63,443 nt of DNA, filler included, from Octopus bimaculoides (GCF_001194135.2; 5 parts of 4 records of this genome joined end to end with filler, not necessarily neighbours in it); one strand, 5' to 3'; shown: positions 1 to 14,577, counted from the first letter of the whole stretch. The notes: a model not told the origin generated them from the letters alone. Numbers and translations: made by a program.

Positions 1-220
1 TTATATGCACATTCAGTTAAAACCACATCCAGTTAAATGTAAATATTTATTATATCAATCCACATTTGTATAATTCTCCTTCTTACCGTATATCACCGAA
101 ATCTCTATTGTTACACCGAATTCTAACTGAATAATAATGTATTCATTCTTTTACAAACGCACATACGTTCATGAAATGCTTAAACGATAGTTAATGCCAT
201 CGATGTGTCAACTGAATGGG

Positions 221-269
221 AAATCACAATTGTTCCGGCTGATGAAATACGTTGCCTCATCAGAGTTTT
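221..269 (-). ncRNA. Degenerate minimal type I hammerhead ribozyme motif (CAATTG stem III)
   Basis: Minus strand reads AAAACT-CTGATGA-GGC(14 nt)GCC-GGAA-CAATTG-TG-ATTT. The CUGAUGA core, a closed stem II and a palindromic stem III are present. GAAA is mutated to GGAA and the cleavage base is G, so it is probably dead. Confidence 0.5.
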
Positions 270-1091
270 AAATCTGGTTAGAAGGTTGCGTAAGAATTTT
301 TTGTTACAAAAAAAGTATTTCTGTGTATGTATTCTTTATTTTCGCTACGAAATATCTTTGCATGTATCAATATCTACTTCGGAAGCAAATTTCGGAATTC
401 GATATTTTGAATATTCACCTCTCTTCGTCATTCTCAACATGTGCTACACTTCGACTATTCTCTCTGCTGCATAAGCGGTTAAGAATTTCTATATCAAACT
501 TGAAATCTCGTTTTGCCTGAAATATTACTGTCAGATACAATATTTTCTTCGAAAATTGTAAGGCCGCCATAGGAGAAATGACAAAACTGTAAAGAAACCA
601 TAGCTACATCATTATTACTCTCCTCCTATCTTTCAACTTATGTGTATATATCCACATACCTTTTATAAATATTTTTACACTTCTTCTATATCTCTTTATC
701 TTTACTGGTATCGCATTCTCTATTAGTCGATCTATATTACTTTCTCTCTTATTTCCTTTTTCTTCGAGTTCTCGTGTTCGGTATCTGTCTATCTCGTTGA
801 ACATTTTTGACAGGGAAATATAAAATTAAATGGAATTACAAACATAGATGCTTGAAACTTTTCAATGTAACTGTGATTTATACATGTTCAGTACAATGGC
901 ATATAAAATATGAACAAAAGAAGGATGCTAATTTTTAACGACTGTAAAAATGGTGGTACACACGAAAAGAAAACAAGGTTATGCCGTTAAATACATATGC
1001 GTGTGTGTTCGTGTATATATACATGCATACATACATACATATACACACACACACACACACACGTATACATACATATAAATATTTGTGTGGT

Positions 1092-1123
<32 letters not shown>

Positions 1124-2179
1124 CGTTTACACAGACATTCATAAACATACATAGGTAAACACACATAATGTGTAGTTTAATAAATGTGTGTAATTTCGTA
1201 GAAGTGCGTATGTATTTCCTGCTTTTTTAAAAATAATTTTCTACACTTTTACTGTTTCAATACCTTATTTCTCGAATAGACATTAAGTTTGGATATGTCT
1301 CCATGAAAACGTGCAAAATATAAGTAGTCTAAAGGCGAAAGTGCAAATCAAATCAAAAGAGCAACATTTATTTGGAGGTTAAGTAAAATAAAGATCCCGT
1401 AAATTTGTAAACTCCGGTACAATTTTGTCAGAAATATCCAGTTTGTTAAACATATCATTTTAGGGATGGAAATTAAATTTTATGGTTATTCCATTCTCAA
1501 GTTAGTATAGGCTGCTATAATTGAAATAGTATACATTTCAGTATCTTGTAACTTGCTCTTCGTTTTGCGTCATTTATTTTCAGTAGTATTATAAAGATCG
1601 GATCGTTCAGATTATTATATATTCAAAGGATAGAGAAGTATATGCTATCATTTTCATGACTTGTATGCTCTAATGAAGCAGAACATTGCACAACCACCTC
1701 TGCTGCCGATACAATTTGCAAGACACACTATTGTCATCCAACAGATTTTTCTAGATATTTCAAATCGAATCGAATCGACTAATCCATAAAATGCACAATG
1801 GTGTTTGAACTATCATCGTGCGAAACATAAATACGATTTTGACCTGTAGTACATCAACGAAGCAATATCCATGAGCGCCAAAAATATCGAAAACAGCGAA
1901 AAACAAGAACGACAGTGGATAAAAAGATCTACAAGAATTACGACAACATGGGAAACATAAATGAAAGCAAAAATAGACACAATGCCACATCGTCAACAAC
2001 AAAAACTCAATAGTAGCAATAGCATTGTAACACTGGTTGTCGCTTGTGTTGCAAGCAATTGGAGCTACGTTTTTCGTTATGTACACAGGGCATTAATTAG
2101 AATAGCGGCGTGTTCGTGAACTTATATCCTTGATAAAAGTAGTTGAGATATACCAGATGTTCGGGCATCAGAAGCACAT

Positions 2180-2780
2180 ACATGTAACCATCCAAAAAAT
2201 CACCAGTTGGTGTATTTCAACTGCATGGACCGTATATTTTTCTCTGGATCAAAGGGATTAAGCCAACATTCATAAATGATGAGAAACAGCTCAATAAACC
2301 AGCCCCATCTGAATCAAATAATGGTACGCGTTTGATCATATATCAGAACATGTGGTGCCCACCGAGGAGAAATCTGCGTCATACCAAGTTCATTGTGTAC
2401 AACGTTCTGAAATCTCTCACAGGATAAGCTATCATTGGCTGTTTAATTGTAGTACATAGCGTGTCATCCATCAGCAAGTGGTGAACACGATCAATGTTTC
2501 CCTCGCTGGTGGTAGTTGCAGGACATCCAGACCTTGGGTCATCTTCATGAACTTCGCTTCTCCACCAAAATGCATCTGCCTACTGTTTCACCGTTGATAA
2601 AAAATGGGGCGACATCTCCCAACGTAGCAACTATGTGAGCATGAATATGCTTGGGAACTAAAATCTTTTCTGCCGGCATATTCTTCAACACAGCGACGGC
2701 GATTTTTTTCTGTTCTCTGAACAAGTCGCAACTAGTTGCTTTGCAAGTTGTGTTTCAACAGTGAGATATCAATTTACCTG
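2180..2780 (-). mobile_element. Mariner transposase fossil (N-terminal HTH to start of catalytic domain)
   Basis: Manual minus-strand translation gives PKHIHAHIVATLGDVAP, EDDPRSGCPATTTSEGNIDRVHHLLMDD and ECWLNPFDPEKNIRSMQ, matching the mariner EDxPRSGRP and DExWxxxxDPE motifs. It carries stops and frameshifts. Confidence 0.8.
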
Positions 2781-4656
2781 GAAACAAACGAGGCAATAAT
2801 TAATAAGATGCATTGAAATTAATGCATGCAAGATTTCACCTCTGTAACATCGTTCCTTCATAGTCAGACTAGGAACTTTTTACCGGCCCGCACGCGTATA
2901 TAAATCACGACATCAAAAATAACGTTTGATAACATGGACTGTCTCATTGTCATGGGACACCAATTATATGATTAAACATTTGCCTAGGCCCAGTTCAGAT
3001 CCACGGGTCTTTTATTGAATCTCTGACTACACAAGCTGCAAGTGCTCAAATCTCAAAAACGGGATGTATATTTATATTTGAACCTGATCATTCCATTTAG
3101 ACCCAGTGATCTCACTAATGAGGCGGACTAGAGTAGAGCAGTAACTGTTTGTGTGCTATGCACTAGAAGTAATCAGCACAACAATTATAATACTTTCATA
3201 ACCATGTGCTCTGTAATCCGCCTCACTTCATCTCCAAACTTTCGTGTCCTCCCTTGGCAACCTAGCTTGAATCATCATCTTGTAAGTGTTCAGCGGAATG
3301 GTATGCAAATATATGCGCGTTAAACTGTTGCACCCTTTACGTTGCCTTTCCGCACCCATGATAAACACAAACAGCACTATCGTCTCCTCAGCACTTGGTC
3401 TTTTAGACATTCCCATTAACTTAGAAAGTATGCCTGTCAGTAGCATGAATAACGGTCTTTCACAAGATTTTGTCAGTGGCTGCACTACCCGCCATCATAG
3501 CACTTGTGAATTCCCACAAATACGTGAACCGTTCTTTAATCTCAATGACTACTTGTTAGCTCTTTACATCAGATAGTATATCTCAAATATGACAACGGAT
3601 AACCTCTACGCCAAACGTTTATTTTTTTCGTACATATCATAAGTTATGTTATGAACTTAATCTCAACAACTTAATCAATTTTACGGACATTTTCTTCGCT
3701 TGAGAATCAATCAAAACGAAATTATTTTTACCGGTTATAAAAGAATTCTGATCCTCCAATAATCGACACAGCGTTAAATAACAAGAGGTTGATTGTGGGT
3801 ACCGCTGATGTAAATGTACAAAGATAAGACCTTCCCTGAACACCACTGCATCTTCTTTAAACCCACTGAATCTCAATTATATTTCAACTCCATTTATTCA
3901 ATTCACCCATACCAAATATTCCATTCCCTTCATGCAGTTCCTTTGCGTCTACCTATCTTGTATTCACGACCATGATTTTCATACTCAGTCTGAATTCTTG
4001 GTTCCATTTTCAATGCAGCCGATGAGATTATAATTTAGTGGCAGTCAATGTTGAACAAGTACATCTCCGTAATTTAAATCATTTATTTTCGCTAATTCTA
4101 TTTTGTGTCACTGTATTGACTTCAGATTAACATTTAACAAAGGCTTTCTCGAAATTTGAAAGAAACCTAAAAGTTTACAATTTACAGAATGTACGTTGAG
4201 TGAACGTTATATTAATGTGAAATACATAATAATAATCTTTGGCTATTTACTAAGATTTGTATTTGCATTATGATATATCATTTTAAAACGCTTGCAATCT
4301 CGAAATACATTTTAAGAATTGGTTTCCTAATTGAAATTGGATAAATTTTTCAACTATCATATTTTAGATAAAATCAATTAGAACAGCCGTAGAAAGCATT
4401 ATTTTGGAGAACTATCCATATGTTACAATTATTAATGCTTTAAACGAAATTATCATTATAAATAAATCATAGTTATTGATGTTTCACAAAGAATAATCCC
4501 CAATCGACATGTTTATGTGACGGAACGCTTATTGAAGTACATATTGTATTGGATTATGAGTAAATGAATGAAAATTGTTCCGTTTCCTGACCGTTGAACT
4601 GTAGTTTTTGAAAATGATGTTAGATAGTGTTTGTTTCTATTGAATATATTATTTTT

Positions 4657-4870
4657 AGAGCGGCGAGCTAGCAGAAAGGTTAGCACGCCGGGCGAAATGC
4701 TTAGATGTATTTCGTCTGTCTTTACGTTCTATGTTCAAATTCCGCCCAGGTCGACTTTGCTTTTCATACCTTCGGGGTCGATGAATTAAGTACCAGTTGC
4801 GTACTGCGGTCGATCTAATCGACTGGTATCTTCCAAAAAATTTCGGCTCTGTGTCTAGAGTGAAAAAGAA
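4657..4870 (+). mobile_element. tRNA-head SINE with Nin/Deu-like core (octopus family A)
   Basis: GGCGAGCTAGCAGAAAGGTTAG head, GTTCAAATTCC B-box and GGTCGACTTTGCTTTTCATACCTTCGGGGTCGATGAATTAAGTACCAG core. About 13 related copies occur in the window. Confidence 0.85.
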
Positions 4871-7614
4871 TATACTATTTTTGAATATATACAACCGTCC
4901 AAGTAATATAGCGTCCCAATTTCTGTTTCAGGAAGAGCCTTCCACCAGTACATACAACTGATGTAATGCAAATAATATTATTGTCATATTAAACATTCTA
5001 CATTACACCGAGCTTGTGCATTTTAAATGAAGAAATATATTTATATATAAAAGAAAATTCATGTTCCATTTTCCCTTCTAGCACATATGTAATACAATAT
5101 TTATCAACAGCGTATTTACACACGCACTAGTGTAAATATAATTTATGATATAAGTGGTAACGTAACTCATTGTACCTATTGTCACAGTTTCTTTCCAAAT
5201 TATTTGGAAATTTAATTTTATACTGATGAGATTTTGAACGATTCTTTATTTAAATCAGATTGCGTTGCTAAAATCTATTGACTGACATAAGTTCAAAGTT
5301 ATTTGCTATTAGTCATATTGAGACTTGTATGCATTTTCGGTAGCAATATATTTTGATGCAGATGGGTTTCTGTAATGTGGATTGACAAAAGCTACATTAA
5401 ACCAATTCACATTTAATTTGTCTAGCCAAAGTTTGAATATTCACCAGAAGATACATTGTTAAGATCAAGAGGTTCGTAGTGAAATTGAATTTTCTCTCAG
5501 AAATCGTCTCTCAATATTTTAATGTAACACAGGAATATTTATCATCTGTAATATCATAATTGCACTTAATTATATGGTAGTCCGAGCGTAAGTCATTGAT
5601 TTAAGGTTAGAAAGCAGAATTAAGAGTGTGAGTGTTGCAGAACTTGATGAGGTCAACCAATTAGATTTCAAAGCTCAGTACCAACTGTTTGTCATATCAG
5701 ATTCAACTGAAGATGGTACAATTTACTGGCATTTACCTGTTGATAACTTGGTAGACATAATTCTGATTAGCAAGGAAACATTATGCGGTTCGTACCATAT
5801 TGTTGATGCTGTACTGAATCTGTAGACAATATATGTGAATTCCAAATAATTACACATTGCAATATGATTGGCAATACGGACGGATGGAATTCGTTCAGAT
5901 CGTACAGATTATTTTCGTTATCCGAAACTTTTATAGCAAGATTGACGATCGTTCAGATATGTACTCTACATGTTGATGTACGTCCCGTAAACGCAGTATG
6001 AGAGGAAATTTGCATACAATTTGTGTATAAAAACACACCGAACCTGACAGGATATGCACAGTTCGGTAAACATATAAATATGGAAAACAATATGTTGCGA
6101 GACTTGCTAGAGAGAGACAACGTGACACAGAGATGATATATTTAGCGTATGTCTTGTGAAAATATCTCATTTTAGTTTTAGTCTTCATTCTTAGCTGCTG
6201 TACGGCATTGTGTAAATAATTTTATGTATTTATTGTATGCATTTGTCTCTTTACATTTCCTATAAATTAATATAATTACGTAGCAATAGTAAAAGGGAAA
6301 AACTAATTACCGTAAAATGTGTACCCTGAATATTTATTGGTTTTATATAGCTAACAATATTTGAAATATAAGAGAAACCTCAATCGGGATATTTCTCTTT
6401 CTTACTCATGGACATTTTATGAGTGATAACATCTAAATCACATGAGAGTGAAAAGCATGGCAGGTTGTTTAGACTGCTGCATATAAAATGCATTGAAAGG
6501 TTATGATTAATTTAGATGATACCCTTATGTTAAAGAAGATGAAATTCTAATATTTCCTATAATTTCTTTATCAGAACAAAATATATATCCTACTAGAAAT
6601 ATATGGAAAGATAGTTCAATTAAATATATAAAGATAGTCCTTTGGAGTGATGCTACGAATGTTGTACAGGTTTTATCCGATATTCACAGAGTGCCAATAT
6701 TGGATAGATAGAATATAGGATCCGATTTTTTTATTATTATCCGATTATTACGCGTGTTAAAACTTTTGATTTCTTAAGCGAAAGAACTGAAAATATCGTG
6801 CTATTTTTCCTCACATATTGATCGTTTCTGAAGCAATTCTTCATCGTGTTTTCATAAACGTATCACAAGTCATATCACAACATATATATTTGTAGAATGT
6901 ATGAAGATGAACTGTTCAAAATACAATATTTGATATTAATTATTGGGAATATATAGCGGTCCATAGTGAGACACAAATTGTAGATCATTTGACTAAGTTT
7001 ACCCATAAATATTGAATTCTATTCTCTCTAATTCTGTGTTAAGATTCCTCTGAATGTCAACGAAAAATAATATCACATGGAAACAAGTAATATGTCGATT
7101 TGCTTGCCTATGCAACACCCTTAAAATATTTGACATACTAGCAACAAGATTTGTTGCCTGTCAAGAAAAGAATCTTACGCTTTCGGGAAGATTGTTTCAT
7201 TACTTTATTTTAGAGTCACATATCATTTGAAATAAATTGACAAAATAAATGTAATTCCCTCGCCGCACACCTACATATTCAATTAAGTTTATACGAAAAA
7301 ATGTTAGTATATTGAATTATTACATTCGTTAACAGAATTATTGAAACTGTTCATTCAGTTCTCCAATTCTGTCTTGGTTTCAGGTAAATAAGTGGTTGGA
7401 GATGAAATTATGTTTTCACTTCTGGAGATCTAAGCTACTTCATAAAATATTGATATTTATGTAATTCTCAGATGCAACAAAATATGCTAATTATGAATTC
7501 ACCTGTAGCACTGTTAGCCAACTTAATTGAGCAGTTCATTGGACGAGATATCTACTGAAGGAGTGCGGTGTTCATATAAAGCCATACACGCATATGTATT
7601 CGCACACATATAAT

Positions 7615-7647
<33 letters not shown>

Positions 7648-8300
7648 TATATGTATGTGTATATATATATATATNNNNNNNNNNNNNNNNNNNNNNNNNN
7701 NNNNNNNNNNNNNNNNNNNNNNNNNNNNNNNNNNNNNNNNNNNNNNNNNNNNNNNNNNNNNNNNNNNNNNNNNNNNNNNNNNNNNNNNNNNNNNNNNNNN
7801 NNNNNNNNNNNNNNNNNNNNNNNNNNNNNNNNNNNNNNNNNNNNNNNNNNNNNNNNNNNNNNNNNNNNNNNNNNNNNNNNNNNNNNNNNNNNNNNNNNNN
7901 NNNNNNNNNNNNNNNNNNNNNNNNNNNNNNNNNNNNNNNNNNNNNNNNNNNNNNNNNNNNNNNNNNNNNNNNNNNNNNNNNNNNNNNNNNNNNNNNNNNN
8001 NNNNNNNNNNNNNNNNNNNNNNNNNNNNNNNNNNNNNNNNNNNNNNNNNNNNNNNNNNNNNNNNNNNNNNNNNNNNNNNNNNNNNNNNNNNNNNNNNNNN
8101 NNNNNNNNNNNNNNNNNNNNNNNNNNNNNNNNNNNNNNNNNNNNNNNNNNNNNNNNNNNNNNNNNNNNNNNNNNNNNNNNNNNNNNNNNNNNNNNNNNNN
8201 NNNNNNNNNNNNNNNNNNNNNNNNNNNNNNNNNNNNNNNNNNNNNNNNNNNNNNNNNNNNNNNNNNNNNNNNNNNNNNNNNNNNNNNNNNNNNNNNNNNN

Positions 8301-8341
<41 letters not shown>

Positions 8342-8342
8342 G

Positions 8343-8373
<31 letters not shown>

Positions 8374-9184
8374 ATATATACATATATATGTCATATATAT
8401 ATTTATGCCTGTGTATATACGTGTATAGATATATATTTTTACACACACACACACACACGTACACACGTACACACACACAAAAAGGTTTTACGTTGTACTA
8501 CTATTTTATAACAATGAGTTGTTTCTGTAAGTCCTCATGGTCCACCAATATGGACATCTACATAAAAGTAAAAGAATCAATAGTGGTTTAGCGTTAATGG
8601 GCAATATTGTTTCCAAAACATGTTTTCTCATGGCCTTAAAATATACAAAGCTAATTGATAGTTGCCACATTGTCCAAATTCCAACTAAAAACACACAGTA
8701 CCTCATCTTTCCTGTGGACAGTAGAAACCGCTTTATGTATTTACTTCATGGTAGCGAGATGCATCGAAAGATACGCATTATTCTGTTCCTGCTATAATTG
8801 AAGTAGATATATGTAGTTGCCGGTGTGGCATAAATATCATTGAACGTCAACTTCATATTATAGGGAAAAAGATAGTGATTTCGAGCGGAAATCACTAGTG
8901 ATTTCGAGTTGATAGCTTCTAAGTTCTGATCTCTAAATTCGTCGATGTAAACATTATGTGTTATACTTCAGGGATAAGTAAATTAAGATCCGGCTAATTT
9001 TCAAATATTGCATGAAAGCCATGTTCAAATGTAACTTCCTGAACTGAATTGTAACGCTAAATTTCAGGGCTTGAAAAGCTTATGACTTAGAAAAGGACTT
9101 GCTAGATTTAAATAAAATTAATGAAACATATGAGTAAGGTATTGAAAACAGTACAGGATGCTAAAATGATCTTAAACGTATCTT

Positions 9185-9284
<100 letters not shown>

Positions 9285-11059
9285 TATATATGACGTTGAC
9301 AACTAACGTGGACATTCAATGTGCTAGAAATAGATCACATCTTGTGTCTAATAAGACCTAAATTGTTCTCAACATGAAATATAGCGTGATACCAAAACGG
9401 AAGCGGGCAAGACATTTAAAAAAAAACGAAAAGGAACATTATTAAACAGGGACCGGTTTCGAATTTTAACAATCTTACTGTCTATTTCTCTTCAGCCTGA
9501 TTTGTAATNNNNNNNNNNNNNNNNNNNNNNNNNNNNNNNNNNNNNNNNNNNNNNNNNNNNNNNNNNNNNNNNNNNNNNNNNNNNNNNNNNNNNNNNNNNN
9601 NNNNNNNNNNNNNNNNNNNNNNNNNNNNNNNNNNNNNNNNNNNNNNNNNNNNNNNNNNNNNNNNNNNNNNNNNNNNNNNNNNNNNNNNNNNNNNNNNNNN
9701 NNNNNNNNNNNNNNNNNNNNNNNNNNNNNNNNNNNNNNNNNNNNNNNNNNNNNNNNNNNNNNNNNNNNNNNNNNNNNNNNNNNNNNNNNNNNNNNNNNNN
9801 NNNNNNNNNNNNNNNNNNNNNNNNNNNNNNNNNNNNNNNNNNNNNNNNNNNNNATATATATATATATATATATATATACTATATTCTATATCATAATTCA
9901 TAACTTTTAGAGGCAGAATGTGATGACGACGACGACGACAACGATGATAATGATAATCCTGCTGTTAATGATGATGATGATTATGATGATGATGATAACG
10001 CCGACGATGATGATGGTAGATTGGAAATTGATTTTAATAAACAAAAAACATTAACGGAAATTAAGTGTCATCGACGAAAAATTATACTGCGTTACTTTGT
10101 TTTGTAAGGTAATATATTCTTATAGTATAGCGTTCACTACCGAGTTACTTCTGTAATCGTTTCATTAATGAGAAGGAAAACTAATTGTTTGTTAAGGTGG
10201 GTAACTACCTCGATCTTCTCATATTTTGGGACACAGGCCGTGCTAGATATAGCAATGAAATCTCATCATTTCACCGGAAGAAATATAACGCCAACAAATG
10301 TAATGACTGAAAACACTTCGATTAAATTCTGCCAGAAGAGTTCTGATTTGGCTCAACAACAATGACAACTTCTAAATGGTAATGATATTTTTGATGACAT
10401 TTTGAAATAATGGAAAGCCAAAAGATAAAGATTCTCACAGAATATATAAAGGTAGCCCTAATTATTTGAAACATTTCGTCATGCATCTAAACCTTCCTGT
10501 GGGCTCACGTTCTTTAAGCATAATACAATGTAGCCTTAACCTCACCTAACGGATATGCTACAGCGATCGTCAATGAAAGTAATATGTCCTATAACCAAAC
10601 CGTAAAAGACGGATTTTATATTGAAGACAGTCAAAATGTGGATAATATATATAGGGTATTTAAAGAAAGTCTTTACAAAATCGGTTATAGCGCTACATTA
10701 TTCAGGATACGTTAGGTCAACAATCTAGAATGAAATATGTGTAGGACGTGCAATAGTGTATATGAGTGTATGAAAATGCATACATTCTGTTAACTGACCG
10801 CACCTCAACCGAATCTACAGGTTGTTCAAATGGACAACATCTATCGTCATCAAAGTATTAATTAATACTTTGTAAAGCTTAATATGCACCTAATCATTCT
10901 GCACTGGCAAATAATAATCTGTTTTTCGTTGGTATTACTTGCTGCTAGTCGTTTTCGTATGTATTGATGTATGTATGTATGTATGTATGTATGTGTGTAT
11001 GTATGTATGTATGCATGAATGTATGCACGAATGTATGAATGTATATATTATGTACGCAA

Positions 11060-11091
<32 letters not shown>

Positions 11092-11843
11092 TTATATATA
11101 TATATATATATATNNNNNNNNNNNNNNNNNNNNNNNNNNNNNNNNNNNNNNNNNNNNNNNNNNNNNNNNNNNNNNNNNNNNNNNNNNNNNNNNNNNNNNN
11201 NNNNNNNNNNNNNNNNNNNNNNNNNNNNNNNNNNNNNNNNNNNNNNNNNNNNNNNNNNNNNNNNNNNNNNNNNNNNNNNNNNNNNNNNNNNNNNNNNNNN
11301 NNNNNNNNNNNNNNNNNNNNNNNNNNNNNNNNNNNNNNNNNNNNNNNNNNNNNNNNNNNNNNNNNNNNNNNNNNNNNNNNNNNNNNNNNNNNNNNNNNNN
11401 NNNNNNNNNNNNNNNNNNNNNNNNNNNNNNNNNNNNNNNNNNNNNNNNNNNNNNNNNNNNNNNNNNNNNNNNNNNNNNNNNNNNNNNNNNNNNNNNNNNN
11501 NNNNNNNNNNNNNNNNNNNNNNNNNNNNNNNNNNNNNNNNNNNNNNNNNNNNNNNNNNNNNNNNNNNNNNNNNNNNNNNNNNNNNNNNNNNNNNNNNNNN
11601 NNNNNNNNNNNNNNNNNNNNNNNNNNNNNNNNNNNNNNNNNNNNNNNNNNNNNNNNNNNNNNNNNNNNNNNNNNNNNNNNNNNNNNNNNNNNNNNNNNNN
11701 NNNNNNNNNNNNNNNNNNNNNNNNNNNNNNNNNNNNNNNNNNNNNNNNNNNNNNNNNNNNNNNNNNNNNNNNNNNNNNNNNNNNNNNNNNNNNNNNNNNN
11801 NNNNNNNNNNNNNNNNNNNNNNNNNNNNNNNNNNNNNNNNNNN

Positions 11844-11879
<36 letters not shown>

Positions 11880-12222
11880 GAAAATACATTTAGATGTAAA
11901 AATATTAATAGCGTAGTATATGCATTCATACAAAGAGTGACTCGTGCAGATACTACTCGGAGACTACATAGATATCCAGCGCGGAGGATTGAGTTCTGTT
12001 ATATATACTTACATACATACATGCATGCATGCGTTACATATATATATATATACAAGGATGTGCTGAAAATGTCTTGCCTTTGAGTGAAAGAAAATACAAA
12101 AAGATGAGTTGTGATTATTTTTAAAGCATTCGACTCTCAGACAGACTTCAGTTTCTCAAACTCCTGTAAAACAATTCGGAATATTAGGCCGCGAACTAGG
12201 AATTTGGTGATATCCAGCATAC

Positions 12223-12262
<40 letters not shown>

Positions 12263-12519
12263 ATACACACACACGCACACACACACTTACATACATACAT
12301 ACACACATATATACATACATGCATATATACATACATGCATATATATGTGTGTATGTATGTAGTTGTATATATATGAGTGAATGTGGTACCCGGAAGGCCC
12401 AAAAGACAGGTAGGCTATGTATTAGGGTACAGGTTCGATAATAGTATGAGTTTGTATTCTAACGCGCGTCGTGTGTAAGCGCGTAACTTGTTAGATAAAA
12501 TGAGACAACACAGCCAAGG

Positions 12520-14042
12520 ATGAAAAGGATATCTCATCATCAGAGAGTTAAATAGAACGTAATAGTAGAATTCAATATAAGACGTTATTTTGGAAAGTTA
12601 GAGATATAGGAAGTATCAGGAGAAATATGAGAATAAAGATAAAAATATGTTGGATGTTACAGTTACAGTTCCATTATGCATGGAATGTGCTGTGTAGAAT
12701 GGGTTAAGAAGTTTCTTGTTTATGCTATGTAAATTTCGATAGGAGTTCATAATTAGTTATTACAAATGAATAGTGTGCAGATAATAATTCCATGTGGTGT
12801 TCTTTCAAAGAGATTGTGTAGTATAAATGAAATCTTGAGAGGGATATAGAAGGAGAGAAGAGAATAAATAAGTATGTTAGAAGTAAGAAGAACGACATTG
12901 GTCAAAAGGATTGGGGGAGAAAAGAAGAAAAAGAAAGAAAGAGGAAGAGAAAGTGAAAAATGAGTGCTAGATGGTGGTCAAGATATTGTGAGGGGGGAGG
13001 TGAGAGATATCATTAAATAAAAGGAATAGGAGAACGGATATAAGGAAGATGTAAGAATGTAAGGGTGGAATGTGTGTGAGAAGTGGGATGTGGGGTGATA
13101 TGTGTGAAAGGTACATTTATACGTACATGTTTGCATGTGGGTGCATATCTATATACGTGCGCGTTTATGTATATGCCGGTATGTGTGCGTATATCTATAT
13201 ACGTATTTTTGCTTACTCAATCACTATAGCAAAGTACAATCTGTGTCTTATATAAGCCTCTATCTATTTTTAGGAAGTTGACAATTGTATCTTCTTATTC
13301 TTCCGTTTCGTTTTGAGGTTTACCACTCACTTCCAGTACCCTACTCCGTAATACATTCTTTATCTATCCCTTCACCTTAGTGCCTTTCAATCATATCACG
13401 GCAAATCCCACTTCTCTCACATATTTCTTCCTTACATTCTTTTTCTTTCTTCTATTCCTTCTCCTTTTCCTTTTATCTACTGATAGGTTTCCTCTCCACC
13501 CTCCCCACACAATATCTTGATCACCATCTAGCACTCCTTTTTTCATTCTCTTACCCTTTCTTTCTTTGCTTCTTTCTTTCTTTTTTCCTTCTTTTCTCCC
13601 CCAATCCTTTTGGCCAATACCGTTTTTCTTCCTTCTAACATACTTATTTATCCACTTCTCTCCTTCTATATCCCTCTGCCAGTATATTCTCAAAATATCA
13701 TTTACACTACAAAATCCTTTTGAATGAACAGCACATGGAATTGATATCTGCACACTATTCATTTGTAATAACAAATTATGAACTCCTATCGAAATTTACA
13801 TACCACGAACAAGGAACCTCTTAATCCATTCTACACAGCACATTCCTTGAATAATAGAACTACAGCTCTAACATCCAATATATATTTCTATTTTTGTTCT
13901 CACACTTCCCCTGATACTTCCTATATCTCTACCTTTCCAAAATAACTTCCTATATCGATCTCTAATATTTCTTTCTATTTAACTTCCTGATATCGTCTCT
14001 GATGATGAGATACCCTTTATATCTCTGAAACAGCTGTAAGAC
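12520..14042. mobile_element. ~1.5 kb inverted-repeat element with hammerhead motifs at its outer ends (Penelope pLTR/retrozyme-like)
   Basis: 12520-13100 is the reverse complement of about 13392-14020; the core block 12721-12802 vs 13726-13807 is near-identical. Spacer about 290 bp. A complete hammerhead lies at the right end and a truncated one at the left end. Confidence 0.8.
13995..14042 (+). ncRNA. Minimal type I hammerhead ribozyme motif with intact catalytic core
   Basis: GTCT-CTGATGA-T-GAGATA(ccctTta)TATCTC-T-GAAA-CAGCTG-TA-AGAC: stem I GTCT/AGAC, a 6-bp stem II, palindromic stem III and a GUA cleavage triplet. The 10.1-11.1 position is a U-U mismatch. Confidence 0.75.
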
Positions 14043-14107
14043 TAAATTTCACGCTATAAATGTCCTAGAAATGTCGCATTGGTTTCACTTTGTTCTCTCC
14101 TTTCATT

Positions 14108-14138
<31 letters not shown>

Positions 14139-14153
14139 TCCGTACACACATAC

Positions 14154-14187
<34 letters not shown>

Positions 14188-14577
14188 ATGTGTGTGTGTG
14201 TGTGTGTATGTGTGTGTGTGTGTGTGTATAATAATATAAGGAAAAATTCCAAATTTACAGGGAAAAATTCTATTTAATTTATCAAAATTAAATAAAATTT
14301 CACAATATATAATATATAAAATATATAATTTAGAGAAAGAAAAAACACAATCATTTAATTCATACAGGAAAATCCACAATCACATATACAAAAAATTAAT
14401 AAGTAAATACACTAAAAAGATCTAAGATAAAAAAGTACAACGTAATAAATATTAGAATTGTAAAATATTTACTATTTGATATCCATCCCTTCACATTAGT
14501 GTATTTACTTATTAATTTTTTCAATATGTGATCGTGGATTTTCATGGATGAATTAAATAATTGTGTTTTTTTTCAAC

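Noticed and set aside
1860-2000. Possible RTE-like LINE relic (KKQERQWIKRST)
   Set aside because: One short Lys-rich resemblance, with no diagnostic motif.
4657-4750. tRNA genes at SINE heads
   Set aside because: A- and B-box-like words are present, but there is no closed cloverleaf and the sequence continues into the SINE core.
5210-5280. CTGATGA with a paired stem, as a possible hammerhead
   Set aside because: There is no GAAA after the stem; too degenerate to call.
5705-5760. CTGAAGA hammerhead-like motif
   Set aside because: GCAT replaces GAAA and there is no valid cleavage triplet.
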